Assembly: GCA_964016885.1 (NCBI GenBank)
Contig: OZ024756.1
Coordinates: 13,144,001-13,208,000, forward strand
Source: Eledone cirrhosa
Taxonomy: Eukaryota
Direction: 5' to 3'
Length of the DNA stretch: 64,000 nucleotides
The position numbers and the translations under genes are program-made. Below, one piece after another: positions 1-12,828 of this stretch. The notes below the pieces were generated by a model, which saw only the letters and a list, made by a program, of their open reading frames with translations, was not told the origin of the DNA and did no database searches. The first letter of the stretch is position 1. Each line of letters begins with the position of its first letter.

Positions 1-1560
1 TATATATAGCAGAGTGGTGTGTATATGGCATAGTGGTGTATATATAGCAGTGGTGTGTATATGGCATAGTGGTGTACACATAGCAGAGTGGTGTGTATAT
101 AGCAGAGTGGTGTGTATATATAGCAGAGTGGTGTGTATATATAGCAGAGTGGTGTATATATATAGCAGAGTGGTGTGTATATATATATAGCTGAATGGTG
201 TGTATATATAGCAGAGTGGTGTATATATATAGCAGAGTGGTGTATATATATAGCAGAGTGGTGTATATATATAGCAGAGTGGTGTGTATATATATATAGC
301 TGAATGGTGTGTATATATAGCAGAGTGGTGTGTATATATATATAGCAGAGTGGTGTGTATATATAGCAGAGTGGTGTGTATATATAGCAGAGTGGTGTAT
401 ATATATAGCAGAGTGGTGTGTATATATATATAGCTGAATGGTGTGTATATATAGCAGAGTGGTGTATATATATAGCAGAGTGGTGTATATATATAGCAGA
501 GTGGTGTATATATATAGCAGAGTGGTGTGTATATATATATAGCTGAATGGTGTGTATATATAGCAGAGTGGTGTGTATATATATATAGCAGAGTGGTGTG
601 TATATATAGCAGAGTGGTGTGTATATAGCAGAGTGGTGTGTATATAGCAGAGAGGTGTGTATATAGCAGAGAGGTGTGTATATAGCAGAGTGGTGTGTAT
701 ATAGTAGAGTGGTGTATATATAGCAGAGAGGTGTGTATATAGCAGAAGGGTGTGTATATAGCAGAGTGGTGTGTATATAGCAGAGTGGTGTGTATATGGC
801 ATAGTGGTGTGTATATATAGCAGAGTGGTGTGTATATAGCAGAGTGGTGTGTATATATAGCAGAGAGGTTTATATATATATAGCAGAGAGGTTTATATAT
901 ATATAGCAGAGTGGTGTATATATATATAGCAGAGTGGTGTATATATATATATATATATATAGCAGAGTGGTGTATATATATATATATATATATATAGCAG
1001 AGTGGTGTATATATATAGCAGAGTGGTGTATATATATAGCAGAGAGGTGTATATATATAGCAGAATGGTGTATATATATATATAGCAGAGTGGTGTATAT
1101 ATATAGCAGAATGGTGTATATATATATATAGCTGAGTGGTGTGTATATATAGCAGAGTGGTGTGTATATATATAGCAGAGTGGTGTATATATATAGCAGA
1201 GTGGTGTATATATATAGCAGAGTGGTGTGTATATAACAGAGTGGTGTATATATATATAACAGAGTGGTGTATATATATATATAGCAGAGTGGGGTATATA
1301 TATAGCAGAGTGGGGTATATATATATAGCAGAGTGGGGTATATATATATAGCAGAGTGGGGTATATATATATAGCAGAGTGGTGTATATATAGCAGAGTG
1401 GGGTATATATATATAGCAGAGTGGGGTATATATATATAGCAGAGTGGTGTATATATAGCAGAGAGGTGTATATATAGCAGAGAGGTGTATATAGCAGAGA
1501 GGTGTGTGTATATAGCAGAGAGGTTTGTATATAGCAGAGTGGTGTGTATGTATATAGAAG
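1..1560. repeat. Minisatellite, core TATAGCAGAGTGGTG with variable (TG)/(TA) spacer, about 20-28 bp unit
   Basis: Tandem copies read directly from the sequence. Confidence 0.95.
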
Positions 1561-4500
1561 TGAGATGTGTGTGTGTGTGTATATAGCAATGAATGTATGT
1601 ATGTGTATATACCAGTGAAGTGTATGTATGTGTATATAGCAGTGAAGTGTATGTGTGTGTATATAGCAGTGAAGTGTGTGTGTATAGCAGTGAAGTGTAT
1701 GTGTATATAGCAGTGAAGTATGTGGGTGTGTGTATAGCAGTGAAGTGTATGTGTATAGCAGTGAAGTATGTGTGTATATAGCAGTGAAATGTGCGTGTGT
1801 GTATAGCAGTGAAGTATGTATGTGTGTGTGTATATAGCAGTGAAGTATGTATGTGTGTGTATAGCAGTGAAGTGTATGTGTATATAGCAGTGAAGTGTGT
1901 GTGTGTGTGTATTGCAGTGAAGTGCATGTGTGTGTGTATAGCAGTGAAGTGTATGTGTGTGTGTATTTAGCAGTGAAGTGTATGTGTGTGTATAGCAGTG
2001 AAGTGTATGTGTGTGTATAGCAGTGAAGTGTATGTGTATATAGCAGTGAAGTGTATGTGTGTGTATAGCAGTGAAGTGTATGTGTATATAGCAGTGAAGT
2101 GTATGTGTATATAGCAGTGAAGTGTATGTGTGTGTATAGCAGTGAAGTGTATGTGTGTGTATAGCAGTGAAGTGTATGTGTATATAGCAGTGAAGTGTAT
2201 GTGTGTATATAGCAGTGAAGTGTATGTGTGTATATAGCAGTGAAGTGTATGTGTGTGTATAGCAGTGAAGTGTATGTGTGTGTATAGCAGTGAAGTGTAT
2301 GTGTGTATAGCAGTGAAGTATGTGTGTATATAGCAGTGAAGTGTGCGTGTGTGTGTATAGCAGTGAAGTGTGTGTGTGTGAGTATATAGCAGTGAAGTGT
2401 ATGTGTATATAGCAGTGAAGTGTATGTGTGTGTATATAGCAGTGAAGTGTATGTGTATATAGCAGTGAAGTGTATGTGTATAACAGTGAAGTGTATGTGT
2501 ATAGCAGTGAAGTGTATGTGTGTATATAGCAGTGAAGTGTATGTGTGTATAGCAGTGAAGTGTATGTGTGTGTATATAGCAGTGAAGTGTATGTGTGTGT
2601 ATAGCAGTGAAGTGTATGTGTGTGTATATAGCAGTGAAGTGTATGTGTGTGTGTATATAGCAGTGAAGTGTATGTGTATATAGCAGTGAAGTGTATGTGT
2701 GTGTATAGCAGTGAAGTGTATGTGTGTGTATAGCAGTGAAGTGTATGTGTGTGTATATAGCAGTGAAGTGTATGTGTGTGTGTATATAGCAGTGAAGTGT
2801 ATGTGTATATAGCAGTGAAGTGTATGTGTGTGTATAGCAGTGAAGTGTATGTGTATATAGCAGTGAAGTGTATGTGTGTGTGTATATAGCAGTGAAGTGT
2901 GTGTGTATAGCAGTGAAGTGTATGTGTGTGTATAGCAGTGAAGTGTATGTGTGTGTATAGCAGTGAAGTGTATGTGTGTGTATAGCAGTGAAGTGTATGT
3001 GTGTGTATAGCAGTGAAGTGTATGTGTGTGTGTATATAGCAGTGAAGTGTATGTGTGTGTATATAGCAGTGAAGTGTATGTGTGTGTATAGCAGTGAAGT
3101 GTATGTGTGTGTATATAGCAGTGAAGTGTATGTGTATATAGCAGTGAAGTGTGTGTGTATATAGCAGAGAAGTGTATGTGTGTGTATATAGCAGTGAAGT
3201 GTATGTGTGTGTGTATAGCAGTGAAGTGTGTGTGTATAGCAGTGAAGTGTGTGTGTGTATAGCAGTGAAGTGTATGTGTGTGTGTATATAGCAGTGAAGT
3301 GTATGTGTGTGTATATAGCAGTGAAGTGTATGTGTATATAGCAGTGAAGTATGTGTGTATATAGCAGTGAAGTGTATGTGTGTGTATAGCAGTGAAGTGT
3401 ATGTGTGTGTATATAGCAGTGAAGTGTATGTGTGTGTATATAGCAGTGAAGTGTATGTGTATATAGCAGTGAAGTGTATGTGTGTGTATAGCAGTGAAGT
3501 GTATGTGTGTGTATATAGCAGTGAAGTGTATGTGTGTATATAGCAGTGAAGTGTATGTGTGTGTATAGCAGTGAAGTGTATGTGTATATAGCAGTGAAGT
3601 GTGTGTGTATATAGCAGTGAAGTGTATGTGTGTGTATATAGCAGTGAAGTGTATGTGTGTGTATAGCAGTGAAGTGTATGTGTGTGTATAGCAGTGAAGT
3701 GTATGTGTATATAGCAATGAAGTGTGTGTGTATATAGCAGTGAAGTGTATGTGTGTGTATAGCAGTGAAGTGTATGTGTGTGTGTATAGCAGTGAAGTGT
3801 GTGTGTATAGCAGTGAAGTGTGTGTGTATATAGCAGTGAAGTGTATGTGTGTGTGTATATAGCAGTGAAGTGTATGTGTATATAGCAGTGAAGTGTATGT
3901 GTGTGTGTATATAGCAGTGAAGTGTATGTGTGTGTGTATAGCAGTGAAGTATGTGTGTATATAGCAGTGAAGTGTATGTGTATATAGCAGTGAAGTATGT
4001 GTGTATATAGCAGTGAAGTGTATGTGTATAGCAGTGAAGTGTGTGTGTATATAGCAGTGAAGTGTATGTGTGTATATAGCAGTGAAGTGTATGTGTGTGT
4101 ATATAGCAGTGAAGTGTATGTGTGTGTGTATATAGCAGTGAAGTGTATGTGTGTGTATATAGCAGTGAAGTGTGTGTGTATAGCAGTGAAGTGTATGTGT
4201 ATATAGCAGTGAAGTGTGTGTATAGCAGTGAAGTGTATGTGTGTGTATATAGCAGTGAAGTGTATGTGTGTGTATAGCAGTGAAGTGTATGTGTGTGTAT
4301 ATAGCAGTGAAGTGTATGTGTGTATATAGCAGTGAAGTGTATGTGTGTGTATATAGCAGTGAAGTGTATGTGTGTGTATATAGCAGTGAAGTGTATGTGT
4401 GTATATAGCAGTGAAGTGTATGTGTGTGTATATAGCAGTGAAGTGTATGTGTGTGTGTATAGCAGTGAAGTGTATGTGTGTGTATATAGCAGTGAAGTGT

Positions 4501-6275
4501 ATGTGTGTGTGTATATAGCAGTGAAGTGTATGTGTGTGTATATAGCAGTGAAGTGTGTGTGTGTATATAGCAGTGAAGTGTATGTGTGTGTATATAGCAG
4601 TGAAGTGTATGTGTGTATATAGCAGTGAAGTGTATGTGTGTGTATATAGCAGTGAAGTGTATGTGTGTGTGTATAGCAGTGAAGTGTATGTGTGTATATA
4701 GCAGTGAAGTGTATGTGTGTGTATATAGCAGTGAAGTGTGTGTGTATAGCAGTGAAGTGTATGTGTATATAGCAGTGAGTGTGTGTGTATAGCAGTGAAG
4801 TGTATGTGTGTGTATATAGCAGTGAAGTGTATGTGTGTGTATATAGCAGTGAAGTGTATGTGTGTGTGTATAGCAGTGAAGTGTATGTGTGTGTATAGCA
4901 GTGAAGTGTATGTGTGTGTGTATATAGCAGTGAAGTGTGTGTTTGTGTATAGCAGTGAAGTGTATGTGTGTGTATAGCACTGAAGTGTATGTGTGTGTGT
5001 ATATAGCAGTGAAGTATGTGTGTATATAGCAGTGAAGTGTATGTGTATATAGCAGTGAAGTATGTGTGTATATAGCAGTGAAGTGTATGTGTGTGTATAG
5101 CAGTGAAGTGTATGTGTGTGTGTATAGCAGTGAAGTGTATGTGTGTGTATATAGCAGTGAAGTGTATGTGTGTGTATATAGCAGTGAAGTGTGTGTGTAT
5201 AGCAGTGAAGTGTATGTGTATATAGCAGTGAAGTGTGTGTGTATAGCAGTGAAGTGTATGTGTGTGTATATAGCAGTGAAGTGTGTGTGTGTATAGCAGT
5301 GAAGCGTGTGTGTATAGCAGTGAAGTGTATGTGTGTATATAGCAGTGAAGTGTATGTGTGTATAGCAGTGAAGTGTGTGTGTATAGCAGTGAAGTGTATG
5401 TGTGTGTATATAGCAGTGAAGTGTGTGTGTATAGCAGTGAAGTGTATGTGTGTATATAGCAGTGAAGTGTGTGTGTATAGCAGTGAAGTGTATGTGTATA
5501 TAGCAGTGAAGTGTATGTGTGTATATAGCAGTGAAGTGTATGTGTATAGCAGTGAAGTGTATGTGTGTATATAGCAGTGAAGTGTATGTGTATAGCATTG
5601 AAGTGTATGTGTATATAGCAGTGAAGTGTATGTGTGTATATAGCAGTGAAGTGTGTGTGTATAGCAGTGAAGTGTATGTGTATATAGCAGTGAAGTGTAT
5701 GTGTATATAGCAGTGAAGTGTATGTGTATATAGCAGTGAAGTGTATGTGTGTATATAGCAGTGAAGTGTATGTGTGTGTATAGCAGTGAAGTGTATGTGT
5801 GTGTATAGCAGTGAAGTGTATGTGTATATAGCAGTGAAGTGTATGTGTGTATATAGCAGTGAAGTGTATGTGTGTGTGTATATAGCAGTGAAGTGTATGT
5901 GTATATAGCAGTGAAGTGTATGTGTGTATATAGCAGTGAAGTGTGTGTGTATAGCAGTGAAGTGTATGTGTATATAGCAGTGAAGTGTATGTGTATATAG
6001 CAGTGAAGTGTATGTGTGTATATAGCAGTGAATGTATGTGTATAGCAGTGAAGTGTATGTGTATATAGCAGTGAAGTGTATGTGTATATAGCAGTGAAGT
6101 GTATGTGTATAGCAGTGAAGTGTGTGTGTATAGCAGTGAAGTGTATGTGTATATAGCAGTGAAGTGTATGTGTATATAGCAGTGAAGTGTATGTGTGTAT
6201 ATAGCAGTGAAGTGTGTGTGTATAACAGTGAAGTGTATGTGTATATAGCAGTGAAGTGTATGTGTGTATATAGCA
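1561..6275. repeat. Minisatellite, core TATAGCAGTGAAGTG plus variable (TG)n, about 22-30 bp unit
   Basis: Tandem copies read directly; source of the spurious 1856-aa ORF. Confidence 0.95.
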
Positions 6276-6359
6276 GGAGCGGTTTTCTGCCAGCATATGT
6301 AGTGTGTATATTGGTATTATACGCAAATCTATATATGCATATAGATATGATATGTAAAT

Positions 6360-7015
6360 TGACAATGTCGTCTTCGTTGACAGTTCGAGATAAACTTTAC
6401 AGGCCGTCAGCCTGGCCTGTCCGCGATGCATGCAGAGCAACGAGACAGTCCTGCATGCACTCGTCCAGTGTCTGAGTATCGCTGACTTGTGGGTTTATGT
6501 CAAACACTTGCTGTCGCGTGTAGGGTGGATCTATCTGGTTATCAGCTGAGGTCATCATGAAGATTATCCCGCCGCCCTCCTTTAACGAGGAAGGGTAGGA
6601 ACTTTTTATCTGCCTGGTGACCATGGTGAAGAGCTGGCAGAGGTTGTATGGCGGACATGTCTGAAAGGGTTGAAGACGAGCACTTACCTCTTCGGCGACG
6701 CTCTCATTAACTTTTTTCAGGTTTAGTTTGTCGAAAGGTGGGTGAGAGAGGCAAGAATGGCCTGTGTGAATGAGCCTACCCTGAGTGTGCCTGTAGCATA
6801 GTGGGAGGACAACTGGGATAGGGCATTTGCCCTAACAGTCAGGGTGACTGTGGGCTTTTGTGGGCTTTCTCTACAAATAACTCTCGATGGTCTCTCCCCG
6901 TATTGGGGAATTATTTGTTGTTTTTTTTTTGTACACTCAGAAACCCATATTTGAACTGTTCTGTGCCATCCTAAATGAATTCTTCTGTAAACCCTGTTAT
7001 AGTTAATAAAGGAAA
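6360..7015 (+). mobile_element. 3' end of a Tx1/L1-type LINE (C-terminal CCHC zinc knuckle and 3' UTR)
   Basis: About 6412-6530 translates LACPRCMQSNETVLHALVQCLSIADLWVYV (CxxC..ET..H...C...W, zf-RVT-like); ends at AATAAA near 7005. Confidence 0.7.
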
Positions 7016-7054
7016 ATCAGAGTAGAGAGGAAAGTGCTCTGTTCCCAGCATTTT

Positions 7055-7388
7055 GTTGAAAGATGGGTGAGAGAAGCAAGAATGGCCCGAGTGAATGGGC
7101 CTACTCTGAGTATATATCTGTAAATTAAAGGTGGAAAACTGGGAGAGGGCACTTGCCTTGGTGGTCAGGGTCATTGTGGCCTTTTACTGGGCTTTCTCCA
7201 CAAATGTCCCTCCGAAGTCTCCCCCATATTGGGGAATTTTTCATTGTTATTTTTTGTTACATCCTCTGTTTTTGTTTTTTTACACGCAGAAATGCCCATT
7301 TGTACCGTCCTGTATTATCCTGCACTGTCCTTAATGTCTACTTTATGTAAACCCTTGTGGTTAATAAAGAAATCATTATTATCATCAT
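7055..7388 (+). mobile_element. Second, diverged copy of the same LINE 3' UTR
   Basis: GAAAG.TGGGTGAGAGA.GCAAGAATGGCC...TAAACCC..GT..TTAATAAAG repeats 6733-7012; ends in an (ATT/ATC)n tail. Confidence 0.7.
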
Positions 7389-7407
7389 ATGTCATTGTTG
7401 ATTTCAG

Positions 7408-7494
7408 CTAAGAATGTAGCTGCTGATATTGCACTGAAGCTGTGTGAGTCTGTGGCTACCAAACTGGAAGGAAAAGTACTAGGAACATTTGGCA
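7408..7494 (+). CDS. SRPRA: SRP receptor alpha, internal exon (AKNVAADIALKLCESVATKLEGKVLGTFG)
   Basis: TTTCAG acceptor, GTAAGT donor, phase 1 to 1; matches my recollection of the metazoan SRPRA segment AKNVAADIAVQLCESVANKLEGKVMGTF. Confidence 0.92.
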
Positions 7495-7707
7495 GTAAGT
7501 ACGATCTGTTTGTATATATCATTGTTGTTGTATTACTGAGGCAACATGCCTCTAGTTACATTCATGGTGTCACTATTCCTTAACTTTTTATGTTCAGTCT
7601 GAGGAGAAATTTATCAATTACTCACTCATTGAGTGCTTCGTGACAGCCTCCGATAATGAGATTGTTCATCTTCGATTGTGCAGCCGCAACTTCTGTTATA
7701 CTCACAA

Positions 7708-7935
7708 TTAACCCTTTAATGTTCAAACCGGCCCAAACCGGCCAGAATTCTCTACCTCTTTCTGTTGAAACTGGCTGTAACTGGTCGTTCAAACTGATGT
7801 TAAGGTATTGTTCTCAAAATAAATACTTTTAAAATCTCATAGATTCGATATTATGTGAGATAATTATGTGAGATAAAGGATTTACCATGAAAATATAATA
7901 GTATATATAGAGTAATGTGAATACTAAAGGGTTAA
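7708..7935. mobile_element. piggyBac-like MITE (TTAA-CCCTTTA...TAAAGGG-TTAA)
   Basis: Terminal inverted repeats flanked by TTAA; homologous copies at 10366, 16199, 27077 and 9250. Confidence 0.8.
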
Positions 7936-8084
7936 TATATATATATATATACATACAAGTGGAAGCTTAGTAAAGTCGACCTACAATTAGGAATGAGTAG
8001 CAAAGCACTCAATGAGGGTAGGTCGTCAGAGTAATAACATTACATTTAGATAGCTTGACAAATTGAAAATTACAGTCCATGCTG

Positions 8085-8300
8085 TAATGTGGCCGTGTAG
8101 GTAATATGGTAAAAAGTTCCCAGTTCCACACTGTAAATGTGGTTGGTGTTAGGAAGGGCATCCAGCCGTAGAAAACCTGCCAGATAGTCCTACATGAGCG
8201 AGACACGGTCGCCCGACCAACCTTGCCTCAAGTGGGACAACTCCCGTCTAACCCATGCTAGCGTGGAAGATAGACGTTAAACGAAGATCATGATGATATA
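8085..8300 (+). mobile_element. SINE body and tail (GGTGTTAGGAAGGGCATCCAGC domain)
   Basis: Same domain recurs at about 12420-12575, 23975-24140, 27770-27995 and 32330-32530. Confidence 0.7.
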
Positions 8301-8480
8301 TCATCATCATCATCATCATCATTTTACGTCCACTTTTCCCTGCTTGCAAGGGTGGGACGGGAACTGATTCTGGCTTGATTTCTACAGCTGTATGCCCTTC
8401 CTAACACCAACCTCATTTACAGTGAGTGCTGGGTGCTTTTTTGCCGTGGCACCTCCACGACCACTTTGCAGTGGAATGAT
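8300..8480 (-). mobile_element. 3' part of SINE family B with RTE-derived tail
   Basis: Reverse complement of 24690-24866. Confidence 0.8.
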
Positions 8481-8875
8481 ATATATATATATGAAAAACA
8501 TGGGAAGAAAGGGGAATACTGCGTGGTTGCACATGGGTTACATATTATAAAATTAGTCCCTCATCAGTGATTTGCCAACCATCATTGGTATTTCATCGCA
8601 TTAAAAATCAGATACCTCAGGTTGGTGCGAGCAATAACTAAAATAAGCAATTGGGACAAGTGAATCGCGTAAAGCGAGTGAGACAAGTAAACAACATAGA
8701 AGGAAAAGCAATATATAATCTTCTATATGCATGCATGGTCCCTACATTGTCCCATAACTCCTGAGGAAGTCATAGGGGCACCGTTTTGACATGCGGCATT
8801 CGAAAGCATTTTTAAACCTGGCAGATTTCTTCCAGGAAATGTTAGAGAGTGAGAAAGAGATATAGAGGAAGACTC

Positions 8876-9032
8876 AACCCCAGTACTAGACTGGTACTTT
8901 TTTTATCAACCTCAAAAGGATGAAAGGCAAAGTTGACCTTGGCGGAATTTGAACTGAGGGAGTAGAGAGCCGAAATAAATACTGCAAATTGTTCTATCTG
9001 ACATTCTAACGACTCTGCCAATTTGCTGCCTT
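8876..9032 (-). mobile_element. tRNA-derived SINE family A (GCCTTTCATCC...GATAAAATAAAGTACCAG domain), diverged
   Basis: Reverse complement of the 16890 and 18258 copies. Confidence 0.7.
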
Positions 9033-9051
9033 TTCATTTGTATGTATATAT

Positions 9052-9250
9052 CATCATCATCACCGTTTTACGTCCGTTCTTCCACGCTAGCATGGGTTAG
9101 ACGGGTTGTCCTGTTGTGGGCAGTGTCTGGTCGGCTGACCATGCCTTGCTCATACAGGAACTGATTTGGCTTGATTTCTACAGCTGGATGCCCTTCCTAA
9201 CACCAACCTCATTTACAGTGAGTGCTGGGTGCTTTTTTTCCGTGGCGCCT
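9052..9250 (-). mobile_element. SINE 3' part
   Basis: GGATGCCCTTCCTAACACCAACC domain and (CAT)n tail. Confidence 0.7.
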
Positions 9251-9408
9251 AATATCTCACATAATATTGAATCTATGAGAGTTTGATATCATTTATTTTG
9301 ATAACAATACCTTAACATCAGTATGAGCAGGCGGTTACAGCCAGTTTGAACAGAAAGAGGTGAGAGAATTCTGGCCGGTTATGGCTGGTTTAAATACTAA
9401 AGGGTTAA
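9250..9408. mobile_element. Partial copy of the same MITE, reverse orientation
   Basis: Ends CTAAAGGGTTAA; interior is the reverse complement of the 10366 copy. Confidence 0.75.
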
Positions 9409-9565
9409 TGTCTGTTTTTCATGTTTGCATGGGTTAGTCTTGTCAAGTTATAAGGCTAGATAGCTCAGATGACTTGGTCTTCTATGACTGAATTCCCTTC
9501 TTAATGTCAACCACTTACATCATCGATTGGGAACTTTTTTATACTTGTATATAATAGGAAAATAG

Positions 9566-9601
9566 TCTTTACATTTTGGACACTAGCCCTTCATCAGAAG
9601 A
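9566..9601 (-). ncRNA. Decayed minimal type-I hammerhead ribozyme motif
   Basis: - strand reads tctt CTGATGA agggc-tagt-gtcc AAAATGTA aaga; restoring two CpG-type transitions gives the canonical GAAACGTA, with stem I tctt/aaga. Confidence 0.5.
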
Positions 9602-9736
9602 TAGAATGAGAAATAAAAGATGAAATAGAGAATAAGAAGAGGAAAAATAATGTTTTTGAGAAAAAACGTGTGTGTGTGCAGTTAGATATATATATCTAAC
9701 CGAATGTGTGTCTTACAAGCACACTGAATGTATGGG

Positions 9737-9965
9737 TTTATGTCTTACAACCACACTGAATGTGTGTGTGTGTCTCTGTGTATGTTTTACCACAACCGCC
9801 TCATTTATATCAAGTATCACAACCACACTGAATGTGTGTGTGTGTCTCTGTGTATGTTTTACCACAACCGCCTCAATTATATCAAGTATCACAACCACAC
9901 TGAATGTGTGTGTGTGTCTGTATGTCTTACCACAAACACCTCCATTGTTTTAGGTATCACAACTA
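9737..9965 (+). repeat. About 75-bp tandem repeat overlapping the SRPRA splice acceptor
   Basis: Three copies of CAACCACACTGAATGTGTG...ACCACAA...GTATCACAAC; the last runs into exon 9954. Confidence 0.85.
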
Positions 9966-10126
9966 CTGTGAAAAATACTCTCAATGAATCCTGTGTCCAA
10001 ATTCTGTCACCAAAGAGACGAATTGACATTCTCCGTGATGCAATTGAAGCCAAACAACAACGCCGTCCTTACTGTATCACATTTTGTGGTGTCAATGGTG
10101 TTGGAAAGTCAACTAATTTAGCAAAG
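9954..10126 (+). CDS. SRPRA: SRP receptor alpha exon with the G1 P-loop (FCGVNGVGKSTNLAK)
   Basis: TTTTAG acceptor, GTGAGT donor; SRP-GTPase P-loop; phase consistent with neighbouring exons. Confidence 0.96.
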
Positions 10127-10177
10127 GTGAGTCGAATTTGATCTGACGACTTTTATAACTGGTCCATCTCTTACCTC

Positions 10178-10365
10178 CCACCCTCCTTGTGTACCACAGA
10201 TATTACTGGTACATCTTTTACTTCTCACCCTCCTTGTGTACCACAGATATTACTGGTACATCTTTTACTTCTCACCCTCCTTGTGTACCACAGATATTAC
10301 TGGTACATCTTTTACTTCTCACCCTCCTTGTGTACCACATATATTACTGGTACATCTTTTACATC
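10178..10365. repeat. 47-bp tandem repeat, 4 copies
   Basis: CACCCTCCTTGTGTACCACAGATATTACTGGTACATCTTTTACTTCT. Confidence 0.92.
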
Positions 10366-10594
10366 TTAACCCTTTAGCATTTAAATCAGCTATATTTGGC
10401 CAGAATTCTCTCACCTCTCCCTATTCAAACCGACTGTAACCGGCCACTCATACTGATGTTAAGTTATTGTTCTTAAAATAAATAACACCAAAATCTCATA
10501 GATTCAATATTATGTAAGATAATTATGTAAGATAAAGTATTTACAACAAAAATATAATAGCATATATAGAGTAATGTAAATGCTAAAGGGTTAA
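10366..10594. mobile_element. piggyBac-like MITE, full copy
   Basis: TTAACCCTTTAGCATTTA...TAAATGCTAAAGGGTTAA. Confidence 0.85.
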
Positions 10595-10727
10595 GAGAAG
10601 GGCGAAACTGTTAAGTGGTCACCATCTAGTTATCTGTGCTTAAGTATGGTGCCCCATAACAGATAAAACCTCAAACAGGTGATGTAAGAATGAAACTCAA
10701 TAATTTTGGTTTGTTTGTTTTTTCCAG

Positions 10728-10941
10728 GTGGGATTCTGGTTGATTGAGAATGGCCTGCGTGTCCTGATTGCTGCCTGTGACACATTCCGCGCAGGTGCAG
10801 TTGAACAGCTGCGCACCCACACCCGTAAACTTAACGCTCTTCATCCTCCTGAAATGCATGGCGGTGTTCAAATGGTGCAACTGTATGAGAAGGGATATGG
10901 GAAAGATGCCGCCAGTATTGCTATGGAGTCCATTAACTTCG
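10728..10941 (+). CDS. SRPRA: SRP receptor alpha exon (IAACDTFRAGAVEQL...KGYGKDAA)
   Basis: TTCCAG acceptor, GTAAGT donor; DTFRAGA motif of SRP GTPases. Confidence 0.97.
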
Positions 10942-11063
10942 GTAAGTTACTACTACAGTGAGGAAGTGGGGGAGAGCCTGTGAGAGAGGGGTGGGGGAGA
11001 GCTTGTGAAAGAGAGAGAGAGACATGGCTTGTACTTCTCTCATAAACCAAGCCACATCTAGTT

Positions 11064-11628
11064 TTCTTAAGGACCAACAAACAACAGGTGTTGGCACTCT
11101 GTCAAAACCCTTCTTAACGACCAACAGATTGTGGCACTCTGTCAAAACCCTTCTTAAGGTCCAACAGATTGTGGCACTCTGTCAAAACCCTTAAGGACCA
11201 ACAGATTGTGGCACTCTGTCAAAACCCTTCTTAAGGTCCAACAGATTGTGGCACTCTGTCAAAACCCTTAAGGACCAACAGATTGTGGCACTCTGTCAAA
11301 ACCCTTCTTAAGGACCAACAGATTGTGGCACTCTGTCAAAACCCTTCTTAAGGACCAACAATTTGTGGCACTCTGTCAAAACCCTTCTTAAGGACCAACA
11401 GATTGTGGCACTCTGTCAAAACCCTTCTTAAGGACCAACAATTTGTGGCACTCTGTCAAAACCCTTCTTAAGGTCCAACAGGTGGTGGCACTCTGTCAAA
11501 ATCCTTCTTAAGGACCAACAGATTGTGGCACTCAGTCAAAACCCTTCTTAAGGACCAACAATTTGTGGCACTCTGTCAAAACCCTTCTTAATGTCCAACA
11601 GGTGGTGGCACTCTGTCAAAAGCCTTCT
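11064..11628. repeat. 40-bp minisatellite, about 14 copies
   Basis: GGACCAACAGATTGTGGCACTCTGTCAAAACCCTTCTTAA. Confidence 0.95.
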
Positions 11629-11837
11629 CCAGATCAAAAATAGCTAGATTGAAAGGTGTTGATTGCGGCTGGATTTGAACTTAGAACAGAGAGGGCTAGA
11701 TCTAATACCACAAGGCATTATTTCCTTTGACTTTGCCTTTCATCCTTACGGGGTTGATAAAATAAAGTACCAGTAATGAACTGGTGATTGCTGGCCTTGT
11801 GCCTAAAGTAGAAACAATTATTTCCTATTCTCACGTG

Positions 11838-12025
11838 GTGGATTGGCAGTATCGGTAGAGGGTCTGACGCCATGCTTTGCAGCAAAGAGTTACGGCCCTT
11901 TATGGTCAGTTCAAATCCCGCCAAGGTTAACTTTGCCTTTCATCCTTACGGGGTCGATAAAATAAAGTACCAGTAATGTATTGGGTAATTGCTGGCCTGG
12001 TGCCAAAAGTAGAAACAATTATTTC
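11838..12025 (+). mobile_element. tRNA-derived SINE family A
   Basis: A-box-like TGGCAGTATCGG, B-box GTTCAAATCC, conserved body; preceded by a rearranged copy at 11650-11825. Confidence 0.85.
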
Positions 12026-12576
12026 CTATTCTCTAATTACTCTGCCAATATTCTGCTGAAACAATTCAGAGAACCTTTTATAGATATTTCTATTTCGAGT
12101 ATTCATGTGTGTGTCTAAAACCACTAGTGTGTTCTTGTGTATGTGTGCCAACATCCATGGCATGTGTGTATGTGATTGAAACCATGGTGTGTGTGTGTGA
12201 ATCGGGTATGTGTGTGTGTGTATGTGAGTGTCACAAACCACGATGCGTGTGTGTGTCTAAAGCCATGGTGTGTTTGTATGTGAGTGTCACAAACCATGAT
12301 GTGTGTATATGTGAATGTGTGGGAAATTGCTATGCTATGTATATGTATATATGTGAAATTGTTATGCTATGTATATGTGTATGTGTGAAACTGTTATGCT
12401 ATCATCATCATCATCATCAGCATCATCCTCGTTTAACGTCCACTTTCCACGCTAGCATGGGTTAGACAGGAGTTGTCCCCCTTGAGGCAAGGTTGGTCAG
12501 GTGACCATGTCTCGCTCATATAGGACTATCTGGCAGGTTTTCTACGGCTGGATGCCCTTCCTAACACCAACCACAT

Positions 12577-12778
12577 GTGTATATGTGAAACTGTTATGCT
12601 ATGTATATGTGTATGTGTGAAACTGTTATGCTATGTATATGTGTATGTGTGAAACTGTTATGCTATGTATATGTGAAACTGTTATACTATGTATATGTGT
12701 ATGTGTGAAACTGTTATGCTATGTATACGTGTATATGTGAAACTGTTATGCTATGTATATGTGAAACTGTTATGTTAT
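12577..12778. repeat. About 30-bp tandem repeat (TGTGAAACTGTTATGCTATGTATATGTGTA)
   Basis: Direct reading; related copies at 12320-12400 on the other side of a SINE. Confidence 0.85.
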
Positions 12779-12828
12779 GTTTAAGATAATCAATTGTTTA
12801 AGGTTTCTCCAATTCTTTCCTTCTTCAG

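Noticed and set aside
870-6440. 1856-aa ORF on -
   Set aside because: Translation of a minisatellite lacking stops; no domain content
8505-8575. Hammerhead on - (CTGATGA ggga...tccc)
   Set aside because: No GAAA or stem III follows; at best a remnant
11064-11628. CRISPR-like array
   Set aside because: Contiguous tandem units without unique spacers, in a eukaryotic intron
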